64,000 nucleotides of DNA, from NCBI GenBank assembly GCA_963676795.2, contig CAXXTB010000001.1, positions 768,001 through 832,000 on the forward strand. The letters run 5' to 3'. A model generated the notes under the pieces. That model saw only the letters and a list, made by a program, of their open reading frames with translations, did no database searches and was not told the origin of the DNA. This DNA comes from Geopsychrobacteraceae bacterium. GTDB taxonomy: Bacteria; Desulfobacterota; Desulfuromonadia; Desulfuromonadales; Geopsychrobacteraceae. The translations under genes and the position numbers were made by a program. Positions 42,784 through 52,588 of the stretch are shown one piece after another (position 1 is the stretch's first letter; the number at the start of each line of letters is the position of its first letter).

Positions 42784-43698
42784 TCAGCTTGAAAAAAACT
42801 CCCTGATATCCCAACCGATCCGTTCAGCCGCTTCCGCCGCTTCATCAAGGGGGCCGACGAACATGACGAAATCGTGGACCAGTCCGTCATAGTGGCGCTG
42901 TCTGACGGCGACGCCGGCCGCTTTGAGCCGTTCACCGTATTCAAGCGCTTCGGCGGCCAGCGGGTCGAGTTCAGCCGTGATGATCGTCGCCGGTGGCAGG
43001 CCACTGAAGTCTGCTGCGAGCAGCGGCGAGAGCAGCGGGTTGCTGCCGTCATCCTCAGCTCTGAAGTAGTAACCGCGGAAGGTGCGGCTGTTTCTGGTTG
43101 AAAGGATGATTTCGGTGATCGGTTCGATCTTTTTGGCGAGATCGGTCTGCTGGTCGAGCAGCGGACAGATCAGCGCCTGGTAGCTTGGCGTGAAATCCTT
43201 GCGTTCGCGGGCCAGCAGGCAGAGGGCCGCGGCCAGGTTGCCACCGGCGCTGTCGCCGGCGATGACCAGTTGGTCCGCACGAATATTGAGGGCGATGTCG
43301 TTATCGAGCAGCCATGTGCCGATGGCATAGCACTCCTCCAGGGCGGTCGGAAACTTGTGCTCCGGGGCAAGCCGGTAATCTACACTGACCAGCACTGCAG
43401 TCGCAACCCTGGCAATGATGCGGCAGGCGTTGTCCGACAGGTCGGGGTCGCCGACGCAGAAGCCGCCGCCATGCATGTAGAGGATGACCGGGAAGGGCCC
43501 CGGCCCTTCGGGTGTGTAGATCCTGACCTTTGAGCTGCCGAACCCGGTCTCTACAGTGACATCATCGACAGTGCCGGGGAAGGGGACCTTGACCGCGCGC
43601 CGGACCTTGCTGTTCATGATCTCTCTGGCGCGGACGATATCCTCAACCGGCAACGGCTTGGCGTTAGCAAACGCCTGGGCAAATGTTTTTTTATCCAT
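42784..43698 (-). CDS. Alpha/beta hydrolase (HSL-family esterase/lipase)
   Basis: HGGG oxyanion motif, YRLAPEH, GDSAGG, DPL, HDF. Confidence 0.93.
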   Translation of the reverse strand: MDKKTFAQAFANAKPLPVEDIVRAREIMNSKVRRAVKVPFPGTVDDVTVETGFGSSKVRIYTPEGPGPFPVILYMHGGGFCVGDPDLSDNACRIIARVATAVLVSVDYRLAPEHKFPTALEECYAIGTWLLDNDIALNIRADQLVIAGDSAGGNLAAALCLLARERKDFTPSYQALICPLLDQQTDLAKKIEPITEIILSTRNSRTFRGYYFRAEDDGSNPLLSPLLAADFSGLPPATIITAELDPLAAEALEYGERLKAAGVAVRQRHYDGLVHDFVMFVGPLDEAAEAAERIGWDIREFFSS

Positions 43699-43729
43699 AA
43701 TCCTGATTGTTTCGGGCTGTCGTCTGTTT

Positions 43730-44932
43730 TTAGTTCTTGTCCATCAGTTCGCTCAACTGTTCGCAGATGTGGGTTGCAATCGGCATCGCCGAGGTCGCCG
43801 CCGGTGACGGCGCATTGCCGACGATCAGGCTGCGTTCCCCCTTGACGAAGAGGAAATCGTCAAGGGTTGTCCCGTCAGCCCGAACCGCCTGAGCGCGTAC
43901 CCCGGAGGGGTAGGGGCGCAGATCCTCGAGGCGGATCTGCGGGCAGTAGCGCTGGACCATTTTCAGGTAACCGGGACGGTAGAGGGAATTCTTCAGTTCG
44001 ACCAGGGTCGGCAGCGGGTACTTCTTGATCAGCTTGTAGAGTCCTGAGTAGCTGAGCATCTCGGTCATATCCCTGAGGCTGATCTTCCAGCGTGTGTAGC
44101 CTTCGCGGGCAAAGGCCAGGGTGGCGTTGGGGCCGACGGTCAGGGATCCGTCGCTCATCGGTGTCAGGTGAATACCCAAAAACGGCAGCTCCGGGTTGGG
44201 GATAGGGTAGATCGCGTGAGTGACGATGTTGCGCTTGTCGACCGGCAGCTGGAAATATTCGCCACGAAACGGGATGATTTTGAAGCTCGGCTGCTGGCCG
44301 AGCATACGCACCAGCTTATCGGAATGCAGACCCGCGCAGCCGACCAGGTAGTTGCCGCTGAAGTTGCCCAGCGAGGTCTTGACCAGCAGCTGCGGTTTTT
44401 CGCGCAGTTCTAACACCTGGCAGTTGGTGTGGATTTCGCCGCCGTCGGCGACCAGCTGTTCGGCCAGCTTGGCGGTGATCCTGGTGAAATCGACGATCCC
44501 GGTCGAAGGCACCCAGACGCCGCCGACGCCGATGACATTCGGCTCGCGCTCCTTGAGTTGTTTCATATCGAGGGTTTCGGTTTCGATCTGGTTGATGCGG
44601 CAGCGCTCGAGCAGTTCCTGCATCCGTTCCAGCTCTTTCGCATCGGTGGCGACCAGCAGCTTGCCGACGTTGCGGTAGGGGATGCCGTGTTCGTCGCAGA
44701 ACTGTTTGGTGGCGATGTTCCCTTCGCGACAGAACTGAGCCTTCAGGCTGCCCGGCGCGTAGTAGACACCGGCGTGGATGACGCCACTGTTATGCCCGGT
44801 CTGGTGCATCGCCAGGCGCTGCTCTTTTTCCAGAACCGCAACGGAACAGCCATTGAACTGCTGTTGCAGCTGTCGTGCTGTCGCCAGGCCGATGATGCCC
44901 CCGCCGATGATGATGAAATCGTAGTTTTTCAT
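43730..44932 (-). CDS. lhgO: L-2-hydroxyglutarate oxidase/dehydrogenase
   Basis: GGGIIG, HQTGHNSGVIHAGVYY.PGSLKA, FRGEY, FLGIHLT, GVRAQA, NAPSPAATS. Confidence 0.93.
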   Translation of the reverse strand: MKNYDFIIIGGGIIGLATARQLQQQFNGCSVAVLEKEQRLAMHQTGHNSGVIHAGVYYAPGSLKAQFCREGNIATKQFCDEHGIPYRNVGKLLVATDAKELERMQELLERCRINQIETETLDMKQLKEREPNVIGVGGVWVPSTGIVDFTRITAKLAEQLVADGGEIHTNCQVLELREKPQLLVKTSLGNFSGNYLVGCAGLHSDKLVRMLGQQPSFKIIPFRGEYFQLPVDKRNIVTHAIYPIPNPELPFLGIHLTPMSDGSLTVGPNATLAFAREGYTRWKISLRDMTEMLSYSGLYKLIKKYPLPTLVELKNSLYRPGYLKMVQRYCPQIRLEDLRPYPSGVRAQAVRADGTTLDDFLFVKGERSLIVGNAPSPAATSAMPIATHICEQLSELMDKN

Positions 44933-44933
44933 G

Positions 44934-45419
44934 TCAGTTCCCTTCGGAAGACCATCTGTTTTCGTCCAGCCAGCCGCGTTCCAGCAAGGCATAGACTCCG
45001 ATCAGTATCGCTTCTGCGGTGTCGTGGCGCAAGTGGGGGGCACGTTTTTCTCCCAGGATCTCTATCGCCAGGCGGGCCAGTTGTTCAGCACTCTGTTTGG
45101 CAACGGCGGTCGATCTGTGCTGGCGGTCGTAGAGCAATCTGCGCCGCCAGGTTGCGGCCTGAAACTGTTGGTAAGGGGTGTGGCGGCGCTGTGCCTCCTT
45201 GCTCCAGATTTCCGCCAGCTGTCCGCCGCCTTCGAGGACGATACTGAACGGCAGGGGCAGTTCCCGCAGCAGTCCGTAGACGAAGCGCTTTAACACCGCC
45301 GGGGTCGGCAGGTGATGGGAACGGTACCAGATCAGCCTGGGGGACGAGTCGAACAGGGCCAGTCCGGTCTTGAGACCGCAATCGACACAGAGCAGGTATT
45401 CAGTCTGGTTCGTCGACAT
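44934..45419 (-). CDS. RNase H/RuvC-fold putative nuclease
   Basis: LCVDCGLKTGLA, IVLE, W..., HDTAEAILIG: RuvC-like spacing of acidic residues. Confidence 0.6.
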   Translation of the reverse strand: MSTNQTEYLLCVDCGLKTGLALFDSSPRLIWYRSHHLPTPAVLKRFVYGLLRELPLPFSIVLEGGGQLAEIWSKEAQRRHTPYQQFQAATWRRRLLYDRQHRSTAVAKQSAEQLARLAIEILGEKRAPHLRHDTAEAILIGVYALLERGWLDENRWSSEGN

Positions 45420-47214
45420 GGCGATAGCTGAACTTGGCCTGTTCCATCTGTTCGGCGTAGTGGGCCAGCAGGGTCCGGCGCGAGAGCATATAGAGAACCT
45501 TATTCGGAGACTCCTTGGCGACGACCGGGATCTCTTCCAGGTTGCGTTCGGTCAGCTTCTTCATCGCCCGGTTGAGCTGTTCATCCTCGGTGGTTGACAC
45601 CACGTGGCGGGTGGCGATGTCGCTGGCCACAACCAGGGTCGGCGGAATATCCTCGTTGAGAATGCGGCGGATATCGTTGATCGAGAAGATGCCGGTCATC
45701 TCGTCGGCGTCGTTGACGATCGGGTAGTAGGCGGTCGAGGCATTGGCGATCTGGTCGAGGATCTGCGGCAGCGGGGTCCCCTCGTGGATCAGCAGCGGTT
45801 TGATCCCTTTGCGCCTCAGGTCGCCGACGACGATCCCCTCCAGTACATCGACGATGAAGTCACCCAGGTGAGCCGGGGAGTCGAAGCGGTTAGCGACCTG
45901 CTTTTCGTAGATGCTGTTCTTGCGCATGATCAGCATCGCCATGACGCAGACCAGCATCAGCGGGGCGAGCAGGCCGTAGTTGCCGGTCAGCTCGCTGACC
46001 ATGATCAGGGTCGCAACCGGGGCGTTGGCCACCCCGGCGAAGAAGCCGGCCATGCCGACCAGCACGTAGGCGCGCGGATCCTGGGTCAGGGCGGGGAAGA
46101 GCAGCTCCGCGGTCGCGCCGAAGGTGCCGCCGAGCATGGCGCCGATGACCAGGCTCGGGGCAAAGACGCCGCCGGAACCACCCGACGAGATGGTCAGGCT
46201 GGTGGCGACAACCTTGGCAATGGCGATGACCAGCATGATCCACAGCGCCATCTTGCCGTAGAGCGCGGCCTGGACCCAGCCGTAGCCTGAACCGAGTACC
46301 TGCGGAACCAACATTGCCAGGCAACCGAGCAGCAGTCCGCCGATAGCCGGTTTGAGCCAGTTCGGCAGGGGCAGCTTGCGGAACAGATCGCGCATGCCGT
46401 AGAAGGTCCTGACGTAGAGCACGCCGAACAGCGCGCAGATGATCGCCAGCGCCAGGTAGAGCAGCAGTTCGGCCGGCTGTTCGAAGCTGAAGTGGGGGGT
46501 GCGCAGCAGTGGTTCCCAGCCGGTGACGGCGCCGAACAGGGAATAGGCGATGATCGAGGAGATGATGCAGGGGATCAGCCCTTCGTGTTCGAATTCAGGG
46601 TCGCGGTAGAGCACCTCGACGGCGAACAGCGCGCCGCCCAAGGGGGAGCGGAAGGTCGCGCCGATCCCGCCGGCCATGCCGGCAAGCAGCAGGATGCGCC
46701 GGTCCATGACCGATAGGCCGAGTTTGGTGGCGACAAAGGAGCCGAAACCGGCGCCGATCTGGGCGATCGGGCCTTCGCGCCCGGCGCTTCCGCCGGTACC
46801 GATGGTGATCATCGAGGCGATGGTTTTGACCAGCGGAACCCGCTTGCGGATCACTCCTCCCTTGCGGTGAAAGGCTTCAATCGCTCCGTCGGTGCCGTGT
46901 CCTTCCGCTTCCGGAGCGAATTTGTAGACCAGCCAGCCGGAGCACAGGCCACCCAGGGCCGGCAGCACAAACAGGAACCAGCGATGCGGAACCTTCAGGC
47001 TGTCAATCATCTGGGAAAAGGCCGATTCAGGCGATCCTTCCAGAGGCGGGTGGAATCTGCCGAACTGTCCCAGCACCAGGTGTTCGATACCGTTGGTGGC
47101 AAAGTAGAAGATCAGTGCCCCGCAGCCGGAAACGATGCCGACCAGCACGGCCAGGACCAGCAGTCGGAAACCCGAGCGGTCGAGGTAGCGAAGAATGTCC
47201 GGAACAAAAGGCAT
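45400..47214 (-). CDS. CLC-family chloride channel/antiporter with CBS domains
   Basis: GHGTD, GSAGREGP, FAVE, GGVFAP, SIY; C-terminal CBS pair. Confidence 0.93.
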   Translation of the reverse strand: MPFVPDILRYLDRSGFRLLVLAVLVGIVSGCGALIFYFATNGIEHLVLGQFGRFHPPLEGSPESAFSQMIDSLKVPHRWFLFVLPALGGLCSGWLVYKFAPEAEGHGTDGAIEAFHRKGGVIRKRVPLVKTIASMITIGTGGSAGREGPIAQIGAGFGSFVATKLGLSVMDRRILLLAGMAGGIGATFRSPLGGALFAVEVLYRDPEFEHEGLIPCIISSIIAYSLFGAVTGWEPLLRTPHFSFEQPAELLLYLALAIICALFGVLYVRTFYGMRDLFRKLPLPNWLKPAIGGLLLGCLAMLVPQVLGSGYGWVQAALYGKMALWIMLVIAIAKVVATSLTISSGGSGGVFAPSLVIGAMLGGTFGATAELLFPALTQDPRAYVLVGMAGFFAGVANAPVATLIMVSELTGNYGLLAPLMLVCVMAMLIMRKNSIYEKQVANRFDSPAHLGDFIVDVLEGIVVGDLRRKGIKPLLIHEGTPLPQILDQIANASTAYYPIVNDADEMTGIFSINDIRRILNEDIPPTLVVASDIATRHVVSTTEDEQLNRAMKKLTERNLEEIPVVAKESPNKVLYMLSRRTLLAHYAEQMEQAKFSYRHVDEPD

Positions 47215-47258
47215 GGTAGATATTTTTCCAGTATGTGTATCTGATTCACAATGTATTT

Positions 47259-47351
47259 CCTTCTCCCTGAGGGAGAAGGTGCCCGAAGGGCGGATGAGGG
47301 GGCTTTCGGACGAGTTTCCTCTCACCCTGGCCCTCTCCCCGGGGGAGAGGG
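47259..47351. repeat. REP-like palindromic doublet
   Basis: CCTTCTCCCTGAGGGAGAAGG-GCCCGAAGGGC-GATGAGGG followed by the oppositely oriented CTCACCCTGGCCCTCTCCCCGGGGGAGAGGG. Confidence 0.75.
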
Positions 47352-47368
47352 AAGATAGTTCTGGCAGC

Positions 47369-48427
47369 TTAACCCGTAAAGCGCGGCTTGAGAAACTGCT
47401 GGTAGAGCTTCTGGGCGATCTGGTCGCTGTCGCTGCCGTTCAGTTCAGCGAAGATCAACAGCGGATCGGCCATGGTCAGCCCTGGCGGCTGCATGCCGCT
47501 CCAGTGACACTGCCGGCCGAAGCTCTTGAGCAGGGTGACCGGTCCGTCCGGATCGGGAATCAGGTGCAGCTGGAGCATGGTTTTCAGTTGCTGTTCCTCA
47601 TCCAGGTAGAGGGTGGCCGTCTGCGCTTCGAAGCCGCCGCTCATCAGCTGGGCTCCCAGCTCACCGCCGATCAGGATCTGGCGCCCTTCTCCGAGGGTTC
47701 TGATCTGCTCGGCGATCTGACTTGCCCCTTGACCTGTGGCAAGGCGGCAACGCTCCAGGAAAAGTTTCGGCCGCAGCGCTTCCAGGTAACCGAGCTGCCA
47801 GCGCTGCAGCAGCTCTTCTGCGGCGTTGAGCTGGCGGCTGCCATCCTTATTTCTGGACAGGTTGCCGCGTTTTTCCAGTTCGCCAAACAGGCTGCCGATG
47901 GCGCCGAGGGCGATATCGGCGTCTTCGGCCAGGGTCCGGTAGGTGGCATTGACCCCCTGCGGGCTGCGCAGCAGCTGGTAGATCAGTTTCAGTCCGGCCG
48001 TGCGGAACAGGCGGTCAGCTGTCGGTGCCTTAGGCATGTGCTTCTGGCCGGTGATTTCGATATAGAGCGGTATCTGGCTGAGAAAGAGGTTGCCGGCACA
48101 GTCGGCGTACTCGATCCCCTTCTCCTTGAACAGCGTTGCCAGGCGCGGCGAGATGTAGTGGCTGACCAGCAGGGGCTTGGCATTCTGCGGTGCCGGCGAG
48201 GTCTTGATCTGATGAATGACCAGGTCAGCCAGGGTTGGTGTCAGTTTCGGCACGACCTTGATGTAGTAGTAGAATTCTCCCCAGGGGCCAGAGAGCCGAA
48301 AGGTTCCGGCAAAGGGACCTCCGACCTTTTTCAGCATAAATTCAATCTTTGCCTGCGGGATGCCGCGGATCGCCTTCATGCTGTCATAGATAATCTGCTC
48401 ATCTTTCAGTAGCGTCTGTCTGGCCAT
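47369..48427 (-). CDS. Type IV TA antitoxin-like regulator (AbiEi_2/DUF2186-like), no adjacent toxin
   Basis: YISP..A..F...GI.Y.D.AGN.FL, central HTH TYRTLAEDADIALGAI, LL.RW..Y...LRP.L, GGE.GA, PLLIFAEL. Confidence 0.75.
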   Translation of the reverse strand: MARQTLLKDEQIIYDSMKAIRGIPQAKIEFMLKKVGGPFAGTFRLSGPWGEFYYYIKVVPKLTPTLADLVIHQIKTSPAPQNAKPLLVSHYISPRLATLFKEKGIEYADCAGNLFLSQIPLYIEITGQKHMPKAPTADRLFRTAGLKLIYQLLRSPQGVNATYRTLAEDADIALGAIGSLFGELEKRGNLSRNKDGSRQLNAAEELLQRWQLGYLEALRPKLFLERCRLATGQGASQIAEQIRTLGEGRQILIGGELGAQLMSGGFEAQTATLYLDEEQQLKTMLQLHLIPDPDGPVTLLKSFGRQCHWSGMQPPGLTMADPLLIFAELNGSDSDQIAQKLYQQFLKPRFTG

Positions 48428-48445
48428 ATTTATAGCGCTCTCCTG

Positions 48446-48516
48446 TGTTCATTAAAATGAAATAGTTCAACAAAGTCGGTATTTTTTAATATTGAACAGG
48501 ACGTCTCCCTTGTCAA
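48446..48516 (-). promoter_or_regulatory. Promoter with an imperfect inverted-repeat operator upstream of the AbiEi-like gene
   Basis: TGTTCATTAAAATGAAATA (48446-48464) and TATTTTTTAATATTGAACA (48480-48498); minus-strand TTGACA at 48511-48516. Confidence 0.5.
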
Positions 48517-48718
48517 GATTGAAACCTGGTCAGGAAGATTTACTGACCGGGTTGAAACAATAACTCTGTCCGGACATCATTTCCTGACCTTCTGCTAATC
48601 TTGTAAACACAGAGGGGATCTAATCTCTCGGCTATGAGTCAGCCAGTGGCCACAGTTCTGGTGGACTCTGAGTCCGGCGATAAATAAGAAATAGAGAAGA
48701 GAGAAGAGAGAAGAAAAG

Positions 48719-49108
48719 ATGGATGACCATATCGATTTGAACCTGTGCACCTCGATTGTTTCAGACATTCCTCGTGAGTCGGTGCGCGAGTTGCTCGAAT
48801 TTGCTGAAACAGCGCCGATAGAGATCGTCAGCAGCACCTGCGAGGGGCTGACAATCATGCAGGTCCTGGATGTTTTTGACAGTGAATTCGGCCTCAGTGA
48901 AGTGCTCGACAGCAAGGCCGAAGTGACCCTGGAAGGGCGCCGTGGTTTCGCCATGCTTCCGGGCGATGAGCCGGAGCGTTCCCTGGCCCAGGCCTGCGTC
49001 AAGGTCCTGCTGGCCAGTAATGATCTGAAACTCAAAGCCCGGGCGGAAAAGCTGTTGCAGCGCGAGTGGGACGATAATAAGCGGGGTGTCCTGTACAACG
49101 CCTGCTAG
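48719..49108 (+). CDS. PhnG-like protein (C-P lyase subunit homologue), degenerate orphan
   Basis: EGLTIM..D..F.LSEVL..AEV.L.G..G....GDEPE..LA.A resembles the PhnG core. Confidence 0.5.
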   Translation: MDDHIDLNLCTSIVSDIPRESVRELLEFAETAPIEIVSSTCEGLTIMQVLDVFDSEFGLSEVLDSKAEVTLEGRRGFAMLPGDEPERSLAQACVKVLLASNDLKLKARAEKLLQREWDDNKRGVLYNAC

Positions 49109-49348
49109 CGAGACTGCCGGTTGAGCATTGCCTCTGTCGATCGGTTTCCCTTTGACCGTTCCTGTCTTGTGGATCGGAGCGTGAGAACTTACTTCCTTCC
49201 GATCCTGCCTGTTATAGATAAAGTGCTGTGTCCTGCCGTATAGGTGCGCCTTATGACCAGTCTCTTGCTTTTTGTTGATTCCTGGTGTCAACTAGAGACC
49301 AAGTTTTTCCGCGGCAATATCGGATTGTGGTAATCATGGGAGGTGGAG

Positions 49349-49825
49349 ATGCGCATACTGTTGATTGTTCTGCTACTCTGTTTGTCTGTTGGAAGTGCGA
49401 TGGCCCAGACCTATCGCTGGGTGGACGATAACGGCCGGACGGTCTTTTCCGATCAGCCGCCGGGCGATAACACCGCTTATTCAACCTTCAACGAAACCCT
49501 CGCTCCCCTGAGCGCCTCGGGCTCGGTCAGCCCGCAGCAGTCGCAGCCTCATGAGCAGCGGGTTGCAGAACTGCTGGCTGAGCAGCAGAAACAGCAGAGT
49601 GTCGAGCTCTATGTCACCGACTGGTGTCCTTACTGTGAAAAGGCGATCGCTTTTTTCCGGGCCCGAAGTATCCCGGTGAGTGTCTATGATGTCGAGAAGG
49701 ACCGCAGTGCCTGGCAGCGCAAAAATCAGCTCGCACCCAGCTCAGGGGTTCCGCTGGCCGTTGTCAACGGGCAGAAAATCCTCGGCTACAATCCGGGCAT
49801 GTATGAGCGGGCATTGAAGCTGTGA
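49349..49825 (+). CDS. Exported DUF4124 + glutaredoxin-domain protein
   Basis: Signal peptide, YRWVDDNG..FSDQPP, WCPYC, GVP. Confidence 0.88.
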   Translation: MRILLIVLLLCLSVGSAMAQTYRWVDDNGRTVFSDQPPGDNTAYSTFNETLAPLSASGSVSPQQSQPHEQRVAELLAEQQKQQSVELYVTDWCPYCEKAIAFFRARSIPVSVYDVEKDRSAWQRKNQLAPSSGVPLAVVNGQKILGYNPGMYERALKL

Positions 49826-49988
49826 GTGTTGAGTGGTTGCACAGAAAAAGTGTAAACACCTGCAACAGTTTATCTGCGTCCGGATGATGACAGTTGAGCA
49901 AAGATCCCTTATAGTGTGAGCGCACTGTCATGAATCAAAACTTAAATTGATTTTTTTTGCCGGGAATCTAAGGAGATATCCTGTCGCA

Positions 49989-51680
49989 ATGATCGAGATT
50001 TTCACAGTCATTCAACAACTGGCCGTCTATCTGGTGGTCGCCTACCTGTTGTGCAAGACCTCGGCGCTCAAGCCCCTTGCCGGCTTTAACCTGCTGATCA
50101 ATCACAAGCTGGTGATCTTTGTCATTTTTGCCGCCTTTGCCATTATCGGCACCCATATCAGTTTGCCGCACGATGCAGCACTGCTTGATGCCAGCGTGGT
50201 CGGCATCATGGTGGCCGGTCTGGCCGGGGGGCTGCTGCCGGGACTTGGTGTCGGCCTGGTGACCGGTCTCTACCAATTGCAGTTTCACGCCCATGCCTCA
50301 ACTCAGATCGCCCTGCTGTTCTTCGTCTTCGCCCTGATTCACGGTGCCATCTCTGGTGAAACCTATCGTTATCTCGGTCGGCATAGTGAGGCCGAAAAAC
50401 TGTTCAGCCCGACCGTGACCCTGGTGACCGTGTTTCTCGGTCAGCTGCTGCAGCTGGTGGTCTTCTTCATGGTTCTCCACGAAGGGCCCAACAGCCTTGG
50501 CGGTACAGATGTTCAGATCGGTTCGATGCTGCTGATCAACAGTGTTGCAGCGGCACTGTTCATGATGATGCTGCGCGATCAACGCATCATGCAGGATAAG
50601 GTCGGGGCGATCTTCTCCGCCAAGGCGCTGAATATCGCGGAGCGCAGCCTGGGGATCCTCAGCCACGGTTTTCATGCCGAAAGTGCCCAGAAACTGGCCG
50701 AGATCATCTACGAGGAGACAGGGGTTTCCGCTGTCGGTATCAGCGACTGCGACAAGATTCTGGCCTTTGTCGGCATCGGAGAGGATCATCACCTGCCGGG
50801 AGTCAAGATCATCTCTCCCCAGACCCTTGGCGCAATTCGTGAAAACCGGGTCATCTACGCGGATGCCGCCAGGGAGAAGGTCTCCTGTGCGCTCTCAAAG
50901 GACTGTCCGCTCGGTTCGGCCCTGGTCGTGCCGCTGCGTGCCGACAACGAGGTGGTCGGCACGATAAAGCTATATGAAACCAGAAATAAACTTTTTCTGA
51001 ACCTCAACAAGGCGCTGGGCGAGGGGATCGCCAACCTGCTTTCCGAGCAGCTGCTGCACGACCGCTACGAAAGTCAGAAAAACCTGCTGGTGAAATCGGA
51101 GCTGAAGCTGATTCAGGCCCAGGTCAATCCCCACTTTCTGTTCAATGCTTTGAATACCATTGTCGCCGTGGTGCGCAAGAACCCTGAAAAAGCCCGCACC
51201 CTGCTGCTCCATCTGTCCAATTATTTTCGCAAGAACCTCAAGCGCTCCAGCGATCTGGCCACCCTTGAAGAGGAGCTCGATCACGTCAACTCCTACCTCT
51301 ACATCGAGAAGGCCCGTTTCGGCGACAAGCTGCAGATCGTCCAGGATATCGACAGTCGTCTGCTCAGGGCCAAGGTGCCGACCTTTACTCTCCAGCCGCT
51401 GGTCGAAAACGCCATCAAGCATGGTATCTCCAACATGATCGGCAACGGTCTGGTCACGATTCATGCCTATATTCAGGGGGCGACCATGCTGATCGAGGTG
51501 CTCGACAACGCCGGAACCTATTGCGATATCATCGGCAGCGAGGGGCTGGGGATGAAGATTGTCGAGAAGCGGATCCAGAACCTCTATGGCCGTCAGTACG
51601 GCATGAAGATCGACTGTGATCCCGATGAAACAACCAAAATCACCCTGATTCTGCCATACAGAGAGGAGACCTTCGCATGA
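49989..51680 (+). CDS. LytS/BtsS(YehU)-family sensor histidine kinase
   Basis: 5TM-5TMR-LYT-like membrane region, GAF (GEDHH, C.LGSA), QAQVNPHFLFNALN, LQPLVENAIKHG. Confidence 0.93.
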   Translation: MIEIFTVIQQLAVYLVVAYLLCKTSALKPLAGFNLLINHKLVIFVIFAAFAIIGTHISLPHDAALLDASVVGIMVAGLAGGLLPGLGVGLVTGLYQLQFHAHASTQIALLFFVFALIHGAISGETYRYLGRHSEAEKLFSPTVTLVTVFLGQLLQLVVFFMVLHEGPNSLGGTDVQIGSMLLINSVAAALFMMMLRDQRIMQDKVGAIFSAKALNIAERSLGILSHGFHAESAQKLAEIIYEETGVSAVGISDCDKILAFVGIGEDHHLPGVKIISPQTLGAIRENRVIYADAAREKVSCALSKDCPLGSALVVPLRADNEVVGTIKLYETRNKLFLNLNKALGEGIANLLSEQLLHDRYESQKNLLVKSELKLIQAQVNPHFLFNALNTIVAVVRKNPEKARTLLLHLSNYFRKNLKRSSDLATLEEELDHVNSYLYIEKARFGDKLQIVQDIDSRLLRAKVPTFTLQPLVENAIKHGISNMIGNGLVTIHAYIQGATMLIEVLDNAGTYCDIIGSEGLGMKIVEKRIQNLYGRQYGMKIDCDPDETTKITLILPYREETFA

Positions 51681-52387
51681 TTCGCATTCTGATCGTTGAT
51701 GATGAGCAGTACGCCCGTGAGGAGATGGCCGAGCTGTTGCTGGAGCTGGGTGAGGTTGAGATCGTCGGCAGTTGCTCCAACGCCATGGAGGCGATCAGGG
51801 CGATCAATCAGCTACGCCCGGACGTTCTGTTTCTCGATATCAAGATGCCGGTCCTGAACGGTTTTGATCTGCTGTCGATGCTTGACGAGGAGGTGATGCC
51901 CTATGTCGTCTTTGTCACCGCTTTCGATGAGTATGCCCTGAAGGCCTTCGAGGAGAAGACCCTCGATTACCTGCTCAAACCTGTCGATCCCGAACGGCTG
52001 GTGAAAACCATGGAAAAGGTGCGTTCTTCCGTTGCTGCGCAGAGTATTCCCGATTACGGCATCACACCGATCAAGCGCATTCCCTGTGTCAGTGGCCACA
52101 AGATCAAGCTGATCGATCCGGAGATTATCGAATACGTGCATTCCGACATCAGCGGCGTGCATGTGGTCACGGACCAGGGCAGTTTCTTTACCGAACTGAC
52201 GCTCAAGGTTCTTGAGGAAAAGGTCGGCTTGCTGCACTGTCACAAACAGTATCTGGTCAATGCCAGGATGATCGATGAGATTATCACCCTGGAGAACAGC
52301 CAGGCTGAAATCATTACCCGCAGTGGCCAGAAGTTGCCGGTCAGTCGGCGCTATCTGCGTAAAGTTAAAGACGCTTTTTCTCTTTAG
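51677..52387 (+). CDS. LytTR response regulator (BtsR/YehT-like)
   Basis: Receiver domain (VDDE, FLDI.MP, DYLLKP) plus LytTR domain (CHKQYLVN, PVSRRY). Confidence 0.94.
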   Translation: MIRILIVDDEQYAREEMAELLLELGEVEIVGSCSNAMEAIRAINQLRPDVLFLDIKMPVLNGFDLLSMLDEEVMPYVVFVTAFDEYALKAFEEKTLDYLLKPVDPERLVKTMEKVRSSVAAQSIPDYGITPIKRIPCVSGHKIKLIDPEIIEYVHSDISGVHVVTDQGSFFTELTLKVLEEKVGLLHCHKQYLVNARMIDEIITLENSQAEIITRSGQKLPVSRRYLRKVKDAFSL

Positions 52388-52406
52388 CCGGTGGAGAATG
52401 TTCATC

Positions 52407-52485
52407 TCCGCTTAGTCTTGTTTTCCGACCTCTGATTCTGTCGATTCTGCCGTTCATTCCTTCGTCTCTTCATTTTGCCGTTCAT
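52407..52485 (+). promoter_or_regulatory. Candidate LytTR-binding direct repeats
   Basis: TCCGCTTA (52407), ACCTCTGA (52428), GCCGTTCA (52449) at 21-bp period; another GCCGTTCA at 52477. Confidence 0.55.
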
Positions 52486-52588
52486 ATCCCCTAGTCTTGC
52501 TTAAAAGAAGTTGCGACAAGGGCTGCTCGCTCTTACGCAGGCTGTGTGACAACCTTTGTCGTTTATCCCATCTACAAGGAGGACGGAA

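Noticed and set aside
47215..47368. Fluoride riboswitch ahead of a CLC gene (also checked 56555-56775)
   Set aside because: No GGNGAUGG..UC.CC / GCUNAUGAC pattern; the region is explained by REP-like palindromes.
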